Positions 35,849 to 47,160 of a stretch of DNA of 64,000 bases are shown here, piece after piece. Under the pieces are notes generated by a model that saw nothing but the letters and a program-made list of their open reading frames with translations, ran no database searches and was not told where the DNA came from. This DNA comes from Patescibacteria group bacterium. Lineage in GTDB: Bacteria; Patescibacteriota; Saccharimonadia; Saccharimonadales; 2-12-FULL-41-12. The translations under genes and the position numbers were made by a program. The stretch covers positions 123,004 to 187,003 of the forward strand of contig JBBTSC010000001.1 of NCBI GenBank assembly GCA_038064875.1, written 5' to 3'. The number at the start of each line of letters is the position of its first letter. Within the stretch, counting starts at the first letter, position 1.

Positions 35849-36616
35849 CTAGACGATAAAATCTGGAGAAGCTAGATCCCAGGCGGTGATAATTCCTAGT
35901 GGCTTTTCTTCTTTTTTGCCGTGCTGAGTTATGAATACCATACCGATTCTCTGGTGTTTTTTGATTGCTTGATTGAATAGATCATAAATGTCAGCTAGCA
36001 AGGCATCTCTTGCAACGAATGAGAATGTTTCACTCTTTATATTTTCAAACTCAGTGTAATTACCCAAATCGCTTACTAACATATCTTTGGTTATAATCGA
36101 GTCTTTGTTTGTGGCTATGTATGACACAATGACACTTTCACTGAGTATCCCTACCATCGCCCCATCTTCAATTATGGGCACATGAGTAAAAATATTTTTC
36201 TCCATAATCTCCAATACATCTACAAGGTTAGATTGCAGATTGGCAGTAAATATTTTCTGGGCTGGTATTGCTATAGATAAAGCTTTTGGAGGGTTTATTA
36301 AAGAGTCTCGTATTTTTGCATAGTGTTTTACGATTTCAGCATTGGGTGTAGCTATCGGGTCTGCAAAAGCGTTAAATGGGTTGTGTACAAAAATATTTCT
36401 AAGCTGAGCAAAACTACGAAGGTCCTGTTGATGTTTTGCGACTAATTTGTTATTTCTAGAGACTTCTTGGATTAGGTAAACATGCTCTGCGTTTTTATCA
36501 GAGCGTGTTTCTTTACGTAGGAATGCGTCTATTTCGTTATAAATCTTGGTGATTTCAATATCTAGACGGGGGCTTGAACTACTCATTACTATATATTCTA
36601 ACACTTTTTTTGCCAT
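35849..36616 (-). CDS. HEPN-like (Rx4H) N-terminal domain fused to a CBS pair
   Basis: LRSFAQLRNIFVHNP (RNIFVH at 36383-36400). C-terminal CBS-like repeats (HVPIIEDGAMVGILSE; MVFITQHGKKEEKPLGIITAWD). Confidence 0.6.
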   Translation of the reverse strand: MAKKVLEYIVMSSSSPRLDIEITKIYNEIDAFLRKETRSDKNAEHVYLIQEVSRNNKLVAKHQQDLRSFAQLRNIFVHNPFNAFADPIATPNAEIVKHYAKIRDSLINPPKALSIAIPAQKIFTANLQSNLVDVLEIMEKNIFTHVPIIEDGAMVGILSESVIVSYIATNKDSIITKDMLVSDLGNYTEFENIKSETFSFVARDALLADIYDLFNQAIKKHQRIGMVFITQHGKKEEKPLGIITAWDLASPDFIV

Positions 36617-36637
36617 CTGTGCTCTTGATATGCTACA

Positions 36638-36901
36638 ATGCCAGTAACAATGAAAGACGCGAAAGATGCGCCGAACACTATTGCCAAAACTAATAAACTG
36701 AAGAACTTATTTTTCTTCTATCTCCTCGATATGTCCTGGAAATTAGCAGTTAGCTTTCTAGCACCATTTTTTGCAGCACTTGTTTGGGCGAACGGCGATA
36801 TTGCCAAAATCGTTGCTGGAATTATCGGCGGTTTGGGAATTTCGATCATGACTATCATCCACGAATTTCGGCAAATAAATAAGGCGGTAGAAAATGTTTA
36901 A
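36638..36901 (+). CDS. small membrane protein upstream of atpB (AtpZ/AtpI-like)
   Basis: 87 aa, 2 TMs, overlaps the atpB start by 8 nt. Confidence 0.5.
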   Translation: MPVTMKDAKDAPNTIAKTNKLKNLFFFYLLDMSWKLAVSFLAPFFAALVWANGDIAKIVAGIIGGLGISIMTIIHEFRQINKAVENV

Positions 36902-37673
36902 TCTATTTGCTTCTGAAGGTCCTCACATCGCTATTGCTCCAGAAAAACTTTTTGAAGTTGGCGGTCTTGTCATTACTAACTCTATGGTTTACGGATGGAT
37001 TGTTTGTATCGTGATGATGGTGGCATTGATCTATGGTGCACGCAAGGTCACAATTGGCGGAAGTCGCGGACCAGCACAATTACTCGACGCAGGTGTCGAG
37101 TTTTTCTATAACATGATTGCCGGATCATTAGGCAGTGAGTCAAGAGCTCGTAAATACACACCATATTTTGTAACGATCTTTTTCTTTGCACTTATCCATA
37201 ACTGGCTCGGGCTACTACCTATCGTTGGCAAGCCGTTTACCTATGACGACACTGCCCTGTTCCGTCCTTTTACCGCAGACTTTAACGGAACTCTCGCAAT
37301 GTCGATCACGGCAATTGTATTGATCCAGACCTTTGCTATTAAAGAATCTGGGCTTGTAAAACACCTACGACATTATTTTGCAGGTAGTCTGGCTAACCCG
37401 ATTACATATTTGATAGGACTTATGGAAATTTTCCAAGAGCTTACTCGCCTATTTAGTCTTGCCCTTCGTCTTTTCCTGAACGTGGTTATTGGAGAAATTT
37501 TGATTGCTATCTTCGCATACCTAGGCGGAACGTTCGGGTTCGCTACTGCAGTGCCTTTTACTCTCATGGAAGTATTCATCGGTTTGCTTCAGGCATACAT
37601 ATTCGTTCTTTTATCTGTTTCTTATCTATCCGTAGCGATAGCTCATTCTCATGAACATGAGGAGACAGCATGA
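36894..37673 (+). CDS. atpB: F0F1 ATP synthase subunit a
   Basis: LALRLFLNVVIGE (conserved Arg), 5-6 TMs, operon position. Confidence 0.9.
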   Translation: MFNLFASEGPHIAIAPEKLFEVGGLVITNSMVYGWIVCIVMMVALIYGARKVTIGGSRGPAQLLDAGVEFFYNMIAGSLGSESRARKYTPYFVTIFFFALIHNWLGLLPIVGKPFTYDDTALFRPFTADFNGTLAMSITAIVLIQTFAIKESGLVKHLRHYFAGSLANPITYLIGLMEIFQELTRLFSLALRLFLNVVIGEILIAIFAYLGGTFGFATAVPFTLMEVFIGLLQAYIFVLLSVSYLSVAIAHSHEHEETA

Positions 37674-37736
37674 CCTACATTGGTAAGTTAATGATAATAA
37701 GTGTAAAATAATACTAAGTAATAACAAGGAGAAAAA

Positions 37737-37970
37737 ATGGAATTATTTGCAGCAGAAACAATTAATACAGCCGTATTGGCCAAAGGTATTTTGGTCGGAT
37801 TTGGTGGAATGGGTCCAGCTATAGCCATCGGTTTGCTAGGTGCTAGCTACATGAGCGCGGTTAGCCGTAACCCAGAGTCAGCTAAGTTCTTAGGGCAACT
37901 TTTTGTGTTTGTCGCTATGGCTGAGCTATTCGGTCTAATTGCATTCGCATCAATATTTATTGTTAAGTAA
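37737..37970 (+). CDS. atpE: F0F1 ATP synthase subunit c
   Basis: 77-aa hairpin, AMAELFGLIAF carboxylate motif, AGGAG SD. Confidence 0.9.
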   Translation: MELFAAETINTAVLAKGILVGFGGMGPAIAIGLLGASYMSAVSRNPESAKFLGQLFVFVAMAELFGLIAFASIFIVK

Positions 37971-37994
37971 CAAGACAAGGAAATTTAAGAAATA

Positions 37995-38549
37995 GTGATT
38001 AATAATTTACTTACACAATTTGCAAGCGAAGTAGCTGGCGCAGAAGAGCCAAGTGGTTTTGGTGCTTTGGGCGTTAATTTAAACGCGCTGATTGTACAAT
38101 TCATCACTTTTATAATCGTGTTCTTGGTCCTGAAGAAATATGTTTTTGGCAAAATTGTTGAAATACTGGACAAAAGACAGAAAACTATAGAAGAAGGCAT
38201 GAATTCTGCAAAGGAAATGGCTCAAGCTCGCGAAAAATACGAAAAAGAAGTTGAAAAACTTCGACATGAAGCTCGTGCTCAGGCAGATGAAATTCTCAGC
38301 GAATCAAAAGCACAGTCAGAAGATATCATTACTAAAGCAGAAGAATCTGCCACCGTGAAGACCGACAAGATGATCAGTGATGCTAAAAAGAAAATCGAAG
38401 AAGAATCAGAACGATCTCGGCGTAGTCTCAAATCAGAAATTGTCAGTCTTGTCGTTGATACAACAGAAAAGCTCATTGGTGCAAAAGTTGATTCGTCTAA
38501 AGATCGAGCGATGATTGACGAAGCTCTAAAATCAGGAAAAGGTAAATAA
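37995..38549 (+). CDS. atpF: F0F1 ATP synthase subunit b
   Basis: GTG start, N-terminal TM plus long charged helix. Confidence 0.85.
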   Translation: MINNLLTQFASEVAGAEEPSGFGALGVNLNALIVQFITFIIVFLVLKKYVFGKIVEILDKRQKTIEEGMNSAKEMAQAREKYEKEVEKLRHEARAQADEILSESKAQSEDIITKAEESATVKTDKMISDAKKKIEEESERSRRSLKSEIVSLVVDTTEKLIGAKVDSSKDRAMIDEALKSGKGK

Positions 38550-38551
38550 TA

Positions 38552-38929
38552 ATGAGCAAAGCTAGTCTTGCTAATTTCATAGATCAGGAATCTGATACCA
38601 AAGATATCGCTAAAGCAATAGCTAGCTATTTAATTGACACCAAACAAACCCAGAGTCTAGACTCTTTACTACGTGACGTTATGACTGCTCGTGAATCAAG
38701 AGGAGTGTATGAGATTACTGTTGCCTCATCTCACCCGCTTGAGCAGAAGCAGACTAACGCCATCAAAGAGTATTTTTCAAAGAACTTCAAGGGAGCCAAC
38801 GAAGTCATTGTGCATACCAAGATTGACACTACTCTTCTTGGCGGAATAAGGATAGAATCTGCAAATTACCTGATAGACCAAACTCTAAAGAGTAAATTAA
38901 ATCATATAAAATCAAGTATTGATAAGTAA
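38552..38929 (+). CDS. atpH: F0F1 ATP synthase subunit delta (short, 125 aa)
   Basis: C-terminal OSCP pattern IDTTLLGGIRIESANYLIDQTLKSKL. In-frame stop at 38543-45 prevents any upstream extension. Confidence 0.8.
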   Translation: MSKASLANFIDQESDTKDIAKAIASYLIDTKQTQSLDSLLRDVMTARESRGVYEITVASSHPLEQKQTNAIKEYFSKNFKGANEVIVHTKIDTTLLGGIRIESANYLIDQTLKSKLNHIKSSIDK

Positions 38930-38953
38930 GAAAGGAAATTCGGAAGAAAAGAC

Positions 38954-40480
38954 ATGAGTCAAATATCAGTAAAAGAATTATCAAATGACATCAAGAAAGC
39001 ACTAGAGGAAATTAAAGACCTGCCTGATATTCAGGAGACAGGCGTAGTGACTCGTGTTGGTGATGGAATTGCCTGGATTTATGGTCTAAGGTCTTGTGGA
39101 TCAAGCGAACTTTTAGAAATTGAAGGTGCGAATGGCAAGAAAGTCACAGCTTTTGCCCTTAACTTATCAGAAAATGAGATTGGTGCCGTACTTTTGGGTG
39201 ATGAGCTAGCTGTTTCTGCTGGAGCTCGAGTCCGATTGACTGGTGAACCCCTCAGTGTACCGGTTGGTCCAGAACTTATTGGTCGTGTGGTTGATCCACT
39301 TGGCCGTCCTCTTGATGGAAAAGGCCCTATCAAAACAAAGAAAAAAGGCTTGATTGAAAACCCTGCCCCAGGCGTACTGGCGCGAAAAAGTGTTTTTGAG
39401 CCTCTCATGACAGGTATTGTGGCTATTGACGCTATGGTGCCGATCGGTCGTGGTCAGCGTGAACTTATCATTGGTGACCGTCAGACTGGGAAAACAGCTG
39501 TCGCTATAGACACCATGATTAACCAGCATCGACAAAAAACAGGTGTTATCAACGTCTACGTTGCTATTGGTCAAAAAGCGAGTAAGGTTGCCAAACTAGT
39601 TGAGAGACTAAGTTCTGAAGGAGTTATGGATCAGACGATTGTCGTCTCTACTTCTGCATCTGACTCCGCTTCTTTACAGTACCTTGCACCATACGCAGGT
39701 ACAGCTATGGGAGAATATTTCCGTGACAACAAACAACACGCGTTAATCATTCATGATGACTTGTCCAAGCATGCTAACGCGTACCGTCAAATGAGTTTGC
39801 TACTTCGTCGTCCACCAGGACGTGAAGCCTTCCCTGGTGATGTTTTCTATCTGCACTCAAGGCTTCTAGAAAGATCAGCCAAATTATCTGACGCACTCGG
39901 CGGAGGAAGTCTAACAGCCCTTCCTATCATCGAGACACAAGCTGGTGATGTGAGTGCCTTTATCCCAACCAACGTGATTTCTATTACTGACGGTCAGATC
40001 TTCCTAGAAACTAACTTATTCCACCAAGGTATACGTCCGGCGATTTCTGTAGGACTCTCTGTGTCTCGTGTTGGTGGAGCTGCACAAACCAAAGCAGTTA
40101 AAAGCGTGGCTAGTACCCTGCGACTTAACTTAGCTCAGTTCCGTGAGTTGGCAGCGTTTTCACAGTTCTCTACCGATCTTGATGCTGAGACAAAACACCG
40201 AATTGATCGTGGTCAAAGACTAACAGAGCTACTTAAGCAACCACAGTATTCCCCATATTCTGTATGGGAGCAGACCTCTATGCTAATGGCTGCTACTGAC
40301 GGTGCTTTCGATAAGGTTCCTGTTGAAAAAGTTTCAGCTGCTAAAGAAGCACTTCTCGCTCGCCTAAAATCTAAGCACAGCAAAGTTATGAGTGAGCTTA
40401 ATAAAGGTGACAAACCAACAGATGCAATGAAAAAGACCATACTGGATAGTGCAAAAACAATAGCGGAGGAATACAAGTAG
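38954..40480 (+). CDS. atpA: F0F1 ATP synthase subunit alpha
   Basis: GDRQTGKT Walker A, 508 aa. Confidence 0.95.
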   Translation: MSQISVKELSNDIKKALEEIKDLPDIQETGVVTRVGDGIAWIYGLRSCGSSELLEIEGANGKKVTAFALNLSENEIGAVLLGDELAVSAGARVRLTGEPLSVPVGPELIGRVVDPLGRPLDGKGPIKTKKKGLIENPAPGVLARKSVFEPLMTGIVAIDAMVPIGRGQRELIIGDRQTGKTAVAIDTMINQHRQKTGVINVYVAIGQKASKVAKLVERLSSEGVMDQTIVVSTSASDSASLQYLAPYAGTAMGEYFRDNKQHALIIHDDLSKHANAYRQMSLLLRRPPGREAFPGDVFYLHSRLLERSAKLSDALGGGSLTALPIIETQAGDVSAFIPTNVISITDGQIFLETNLFHQGIRPAISVGLSVSRVGGAAQTKAVKSVASTLRLNLAQFRELAAFSQFSTDLDAETKHRIDRGQRLTELLKQPQYSPYSVWEQTSMLMAATDGAFDKVPVEKVSAAKEALLARLKSKHSKVMSELNKGDKPTDAMKKTILDSAKTIAEEYK

Positions 40481-40486
40481 AACAAT

Positions 40487-41374
40487 ATGTCAGGCGTAAC
40501 TTCTCTAAAGAGACGAATCACCAGCGTTAAAAACACTCGACAGATCACGAAAGCGATGGAGCTGGTCTCTGCCAGTAAAATGCGTCGAGCTCAAGAGTTC
40601 GCAGTTAATTCTCGTCCTTTTAAAGAACAAGCTAGACTTTTGATCGGTCAACTCTCTAGTGTTTCGGATGTAAAACTCGACAATCTATTCACAACACGAC
40701 CAATTAAAAATGAGCTTTTGATTGTGGTTACAAGTGATCGTGGGCTGGCTGGGGCTTATAACTCAAACGTTCTTAAGCGTCTTGTTACTACGGTACAAGA
40801 GAACAAAGCTTCCAAGGTCAAAAGTAGCATCATAACTATCGGTCGTAAAGCTGGTAAATTTGTTGCAAAGATTGATGGTGTAGATCACCACAGTGCCTAC
40901 CCTATGCTTGGTGATCAGCCAAGTCCACAGGCAATAGTCCCAGTGATTGAAGACATAACAAGCCAGTACCTAGAGAGTAAAGTTGATAGTGTAAAAGTTA
41001 TTTACACGCAATTTATCTCAAATCTTCGTCAGGACGTAGTGACAAACAGTCTTATACCCTACTCAATCGATTCTGATGATAAAAAGACCGAAGTTCGTGA
41101 GTTGTCCCCACTGGAAGTTGCGATTTTCGAGCCATCAGTTGAAGCTATCATCGAAAGCACTGCCGTGCGATTGATAGAAGTTCAGCTCTGGCAGGCACTG
41201 CTTGAAGCTGGTGCAAGTGAGCACAGTATGCGGATGATGGCTATGAAAAATGCCAGCGACAATGCCGCAGATATTATTGATGATTTGACCTTAGAATTTA
41301 ATACCGCCCGTCAGGCAGCGATCACTCAGGAGATAGCTGAAATTGTTGGTGGTGCCGAGGCAGTCAAAGTTTGA
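40487..41374 (+). CDS. atpG: F0F1 ATP synthase subunit gamma
   Basis: IKNTRQITKAMELVSASKMRRAQ N-terminus and ITQEIAEIVGGAEA C-terminus. Confidence 0.95.
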   Translation: MSGVTSLKRRITSVKNTRQITKAMELVSASKMRRAQEFAVNSRPFKEQARLLIGQLSSVSDVKLDNLFTTRPIKNELLIVVTSDRGLAGAYNSNVLKRLVTTVQENKASKVKSSIITIGRKAGKFVAKIDGVDHHSAYPMLGDQPSPQAIVPVIEDITSQYLESKVDSVKVIYTQFISNLRQDVVTNSLIPYSIDSDDKKTEVRELSPLEVAIFEPSVEAIIESTAVRLIEVQLWQALLEAGASEHSMRMMAMKNASDNAADIIDDLTLEFNTARQAAITQEIAEIVGGAEAVKV

Positions 41375-41405
41375 AAATTACAAAGGATATAACGAAAGGG
41401 ATTAA

Positions 41406-42794
<1,389 letters not shown>

Positions 42795-42796
42795 CT

Positions 42797-43225
42797 ATGA
42801 TAAAGCTCAAGTTAATTACACTCAGTGGCATCCGACTAGACAAAGAAGTCTATGAGGTAATGATTCCGACTAAAGCCGGTGAAATTGCCGTCTACGGTGG
42901 CCACGCGCCACTTGTCGGGGTTCTTAGCTATGGAATTATTCATGTACGTGAGCAAAAGTCAGTTAAAGATCCTGAGAGGACCCAAATAGCTGTTTTTGGT
43001 GGAACGCTTAAAGTGCTTAATAATGAACTGATAATCTTAGCAGATGAGATTGAAGACCCGTCACTTATCCGAGAAGACGAAGCCACAAAAGCTTTGGAAC
43101 GAGCAAAAGAATTGAAGAAATCAGCGAAAGATCAGGTATCACTTGATAAAGCTCAAGAAATGATAGATCGTCAGACAGTCAGATTGCAATTAGCGGGACT
43201 GAAGAGACATAAATCTCGAAGGTAA
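42797..43225 (+). CDS. atpC: F0F1 ATP synthase subunit epsilon
   Basis: 142 aa, beta-sandwich plus helical tail pattern, last gene of the operon. Confidence 0.85.
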   Translation: MIKLKLITLSGIRLDKEVYEVMIPTKAGEIAVYGGHAPLVGVLSYGIIHVREQKSVKDPERTQIAVFGGTLKVLNNELIILADEIEDPSLIREDEATKALERAKELKKSAKDQVSLDKAQEMIDRQTVRLQLAGLKRHKSRR

Positions 43226-43255
43226 AGACTTCTGCTCTTTACTCAAGCTGTCAAC

Positions 43256-46200
43256 TTAGTCCTTTGAGAGGTCTTGCTCAAAAGCCCGTATACCTTTTAA
43301 GTTCTTAGTATACTCAGGCTGTTCGTCCAAAAACTTAAGGTTTTTTATATCGCGGTACGCACCAATTATTAGTTTTTCTAGCTCTTTTGCTTCATCTATT
43401 TCAAAATCTACCGAGAGCTCAGCATAATCACTGTTATCAACTAATGATTCAACAAATACTAGCTTACCAGTGTTTATTTGATAATCTTTATACTTAGGAT
43501 GATTTTGGAGGAGTAGGTAGTAAAAGTACAGTTGCTGTCGATATTTATGTAGCTTGATCGCATCAAAATTATCAACGTTGGGACCTGGCCATTTGTTATA
43601 TCCTTTTCCGGTTTTGTAATCAATAATAATGATGGTTTTGTTTTTTTCATCAACATCAATCCTATCTAAAATACCTTTTATCCTAGTATTGTTGCCTATA
43701 GTAACTCCAACTCCAGAAAAATCAAGTTCGCTTACTTGCTCGATTCCCTTTTTAAAGACAATAGAGTGAGGGGCTAGTAGTTTTTCGATAAGGATAGAGA
43801 TCCTCTGCTTTAGTGTTCGCTTTTCTGCGTCTGTAAGGAATAGTCTATCAATATTTTTATGCGATTTAATCTCAATTTCTTTGATCGATGGGAGTTTGCT
43901 AGTTTTACTAAAACTTTGATGTAAGTCATTGATTATGCTGTGTGCTAGTGATCCAAAGCTAGCATCGATACTATAGCTTTTAGGGAATTTGAGAATCTGG
44001 TTCAATAAAAACTGATTATGATCAGAATTAACCACATCTACATAAGAATTTAGGTGGGTTGGACTCAGCTCATAGTCTTCTAGTGTTTTCTGCAGGTAGT
44101 CTTTTAGGTTTGAGTCTTTGGTGATAAATGAAGATTGCGACTCAATCTCAGCTATCGCAAGTTTTCGTTTATTGATCGCTACGGTTTCAACTTGATCAAG
44201 AGATTTCTCACCGATAGCAGAATGTGCCCATTCGTTAAGCAGATTGTCTCTTCCATTTTCATCGGTCTTTGACATAGTTAGTATCAATTCTTCCCTGGCC
44301 CTAGTAGAAGCGACATAGAAAAGCCTATGCTTTTCTGACCATGAGTTATAGTCAGGCAGAATATACTTGTGATGCTCTGGTAGAACTATCTTGCTTGTCT
44401 TTGATTTTTCCTCTACCCATACATATTGTGAAGCATGGATGATAAATACTACGTCAAATTCTTTCCCCTTGGCAGAGTGGGCTGTAATCAAGTTAACACT
44501 ATCGTTCGCTGTTATAACAGGATGATTGTTCGCTAGTTGAATATTTGCAGAAGCTCGTATACTGATCTGAGTCAGTAGATCCTGTATGCTTGAGCCCCCG
44601 CTAACAACCATATTGCGAATATTATTTCTAAAGATGATAAGGCTGGTAAGGATTTGAAGTTCAAAATTATCGTCGTTAAAATAATATTCTTTAAAACTAC
44701 TCATGCCAACCTCTTTTGAGTCGACTATTAGGTCAAGTATCTCCTCAAGCGTGTTATTTCTTGCCCTTTTTGCTAGATGTAGCAACCAGTTGATGGTAGG
44801 TTTCAGCTCAGGGCTTTTTAGGGCAAAATTTATCCAAGAAATTTTGTTTTTGTAACAATGCAGGCTGGCGTCATATAGTACGGCAGGATCTACGCCTACC
44901 CAGTCGTAGCTCAAGATCTCGCTCAGGTAGATGTCGCTATTTGATGTCTTGTCGTTTACGCTGATGATAAATCTGAGTATTGTTATTATTTCTTTTATGG
45001 CGTGGTTTTCTAGCACATTTTGTCTGCGCTCGTAGTTAATATCAATCTCACTATATTGGAGAAATTTTGCTACTTTTTCGAGGTGTTTATGCTTTGGGGC
45101 AATAATAGCGATATCTTGTAGTTTTTTACCTGATTTTTGAAATTGTTTTATTGTATTTACAATCTCTAAGTATTCGTTGGCTTCGTGCTCTGTTTTTACT
45201 AGTTTGGTGATACTTTTTGATTTTTTTTGTGAAGTGAGTTGTTTAGACAAAGTTTCGAAGGAATTTTCTAATCGGTCAGTGTTCTGCACTATGACAGACC
45301 TGGCAAAATCAAGAATCTTGTCTGTAGATCTGTAGTTTTCGGTTAGGTTAACAACCAGAACATCAGTGTATTTATTGATGAAGTCTGAGAAATTTGAATA
45401 CTCCGCACCCTGAAAGCCGTATATTGCTTGATCGTCATCGCCAACAATTAAGATATTGGGTCTGTTTTCATTTGCAGGACTCTCCATGAGTGTCTGAAGC
45501 AGACTAACTTGCAGGGTGCTTGTGTCTTGAAATTCATCAACCATTGTGTAGTAGAAATTCTCCTGGATATTTGCCAGTAGACTAGGATTTTTCTGGAGAA
45601 CTAATATAACTTGGAGGATCATATCATCAAAATCGTAATATCCAAGATCACGAAGTTTGGTCTCGTACATTTCCCACACGTGGGCCAACGACAAGAGCTT
45701 TTTAAGAGACATAGAATATTTTGTCTGAATTTGTAGATCATCATTTTTTGCTGTCCAGAGATTTTTCCACTTAGTCAGTGGCTTTGTGTCTACTACATCA
45801 CTGGATTTTGATAAGTCAAGCGCTTCATCGAGGCTATTTGTTAGTAGACCAAGAAAGGCATTTTTTTCCTTTAGTTGTGATAATTCGTCTAAAAGATTTT
45901 CAAAATTGCCTAAGCTGGATTTTGATATTCTACTGATACTGCCTAAATTGTCCAGGATTAATGTATCTACTTTCTTTAAGATACTAGAGTCGTCAGAGAT
46001 ACTCTTTTTTAGCGTCTGAGGTGAGAATCCTCCTTTTTTATAGAGACTTATTGAGTCGATAATATCGCTTGTGTATATGAACTCATCCTGGACTTTCTTA
46101 GACAAACTATCATCGAAGTTTAGTGTCTCTAAAATACTGTTTACTAGCTGGTATTTTGTTAATTCATCGATATTTTGTTTTAAAAGATACTCATCAAAAT

Positions 46201-46492
46201 AATAATTATAGTTGCTAATAATCCAGCCAGCAAAACTATGAAAGGTGTGAATTGCCACCTTGTATCCATCACTACCAATCAGCTCTACTAACTTATTTTT
46301 TAGGGTTTGTCTTGCAGAATCAGTAAATGTTAGACAAAGTATATTCTCAGCTGAGATATCCGTGCTCTCAAGTATATGTTTTATTCGGTACGTTAGAAGT
46401 GTTGTCTTACCTGTTCCAGGCCCGGCTAGTACAAGTACTGGCCCCTCAATAGCATGAATTGCCTCAAGCTGTTTTGAATTTAAATTCTCCAT
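43256..46492 (-). CDS. UvrD/PcrA-type superfamily 1 helicase fused to C-terminal PD-(D/E)XK (RecB/AddB-like) nuclease
   Basis: LVLAGPGTGKT, MVDEFQDTS, C-terminal ILDRIDVD...IIIIDYKTGK and QLYFYYLL. Confidence 0.8.
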   Translation of the reverse strand: MENLNSKQLEAIHAIEGPVLVLAGPGTGKTTLLTYRIKHILESTDISAENILCLTFTDSARQTLKNKLVELIGSDGYKVAIHTFHSFAGWIISNYNYYFDEYLLKQNIDELTKYQLVNSILETLNFDDSLSKKVQDEFIYTSDIIDSISLYKKGGFSPQTLKKSISDDSSILKKVDTLILDNLGSISRISKSSLGNFENLLDELSQLKEKNAFLGLLTNSLDEALDLSKSSDVVDTKPLTKWKNLWTAKNDDLQIQTKYSMSLKKLLSLAHVWEMYETKLRDLGYYDFDDMILQVILVLQKNPSLLANIQENFYYTMVDEFQDTSTLQVSLLQTLMESPANENRPNILIVGDDDQAIYGFQGAEYSNFSDFINKYTDVLVVNLTENYRSTDKILDFARSVIVQNTDRLENSFETLSKQLTSQKKSKSITKLVKTEHEANEYLEIVNTIKQFQKSGKKLQDIAIIAPKHKHLEKVAKFLQYSEIDINYERRQNVLENHAIKEIITILRFIISVNDKTSNSDIYLSEILSYDWVGVDPAVLYDASLHCYKNKISWINFALKSPELKPTINWLLHLAKRARNNTLEEILDLIVDSKEVGMSSFKEYYFNDDNFELQILTSLIIFRNNIRNMVVSGGSSIQDLLTQISIRASANIQLANNHPVITANDSVNLITAHSAKGKEFDVVFIIHASQYVWVEEKSKTSKIVLPEHHKYILPDYNSWSEKHRLFYVASTRAREELILTMSKTDENGRDNLLNEWAHSAIGEKSLDQVETVAINKRKLAIAEIESQSSFITKDSNLKDYLQKTLEDYELSPTHLNSYVDVVNSDHNQFLLNQILKFPKSYSIDASFGSLAHSIINDLHQSFSKTSKLPSIKEIEIKSHKNIDRLFLTDAEKRTLKQRISILIEKLLAPHSIVFKKGIEQVSELDFSGVGVTIGNNTRIKGILDRIDVDEKNKTIIIIDYKTGKGYNKWPGPNVDNFDAIKLHKYRQQLYFYYLLLQNHPKYKDYQINTGKLVFVESLVDNSDYAELSVDFEIDEAKELEKLIIGAYRDIKNLKFLDEQPEYTKNLKGIRAFEQDLSKD

Positions 46493-46545
46493 TACCTATA
46501 TTATAGTCCACTGTCGTTAAATTAATAAGATGATCAGGGGTAGTT

Positions 46546-47100
46546 TTAGAGGACTTTGCGGTTTTTGACTACCGCCCAGAGTAAAAATGCTACTACGTAG
46601 AGAATGGCTGAATAGAAGCCAACTTCCCCGTATAGCTCGACTTTATAGCCTTCGTTGAAGTTGTTTACGAAGTAACTAACAGCAGTCGTTATGTAGACAG
46701 CTACACAGATCGTCGCAGTTAACAGTAGTGCGCTCAAACTCATCAGCATAGCTATTACTATCAAAGGCACAACGAACAATAACACTGCCCTACTAGCCAT
46801 TCCTCTGGTCATGTAGACGTTGTGAGCTGCGAATATTGTATCTACAGTTGCTAGCCCAAAAATCAGCAATTTATGCAGGTTGTTGTTCTTCGGATTAATC
46901 CTGGCTAAATATGCTATCAACGCACAAAGCACAGCGAGGCAGGCCACGGATATCCAGCGTTCTTTAACTGTCTCAGGCGGAATAAGTTTTGATGCATCAA
47001 AAAGGACTAGTTGAGCAATGTATATAGCAATCAACATAAAATGTGCTTTTATAGAAGTCATGAGTCCCAATATATACACAGGACTTATCTTTTTAACCAT
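46546..47100 (-). CDS. polytopic membrane protein, unknown function
   Basis: Start at ATG 47100 (TACAAT 6 nt upstream) rather than 47214, which would overlap the divergent kinase gene. Confidence 0.5.
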   Translation of the reverse strand: MVKKISPVYILGLMTSIKAHFMLIAIYIAQLVLFDASKLIPPETVKERWISVACLAVLCALIAYLARINPKNNNLHKLLIFGLATVDTIFAAHNVYMTRGMASRAVLLFVVPLIVIAMLMSLSALLLTATICVAVYITTAVSYFVNNFNEGYKVELYGEVGFYSAILYVVAFLLWAVVKNRKVL

Positions 47101-47160
47101 AAGTATATTGTAAACTGTTGCTTCGCTACGAGCAACAAAGATCTGTAGTATTATAGTTGT

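Noticed and set aside
43222-43242. Hairpin GTAAAGA-CTTCTGC-TCTTTAC between atpC and the convergent helicase gene, considered as a terminator
   Set aside because: It has only a 7-bp AT-rich stem and no T-run on either strand, which is too weak to call.
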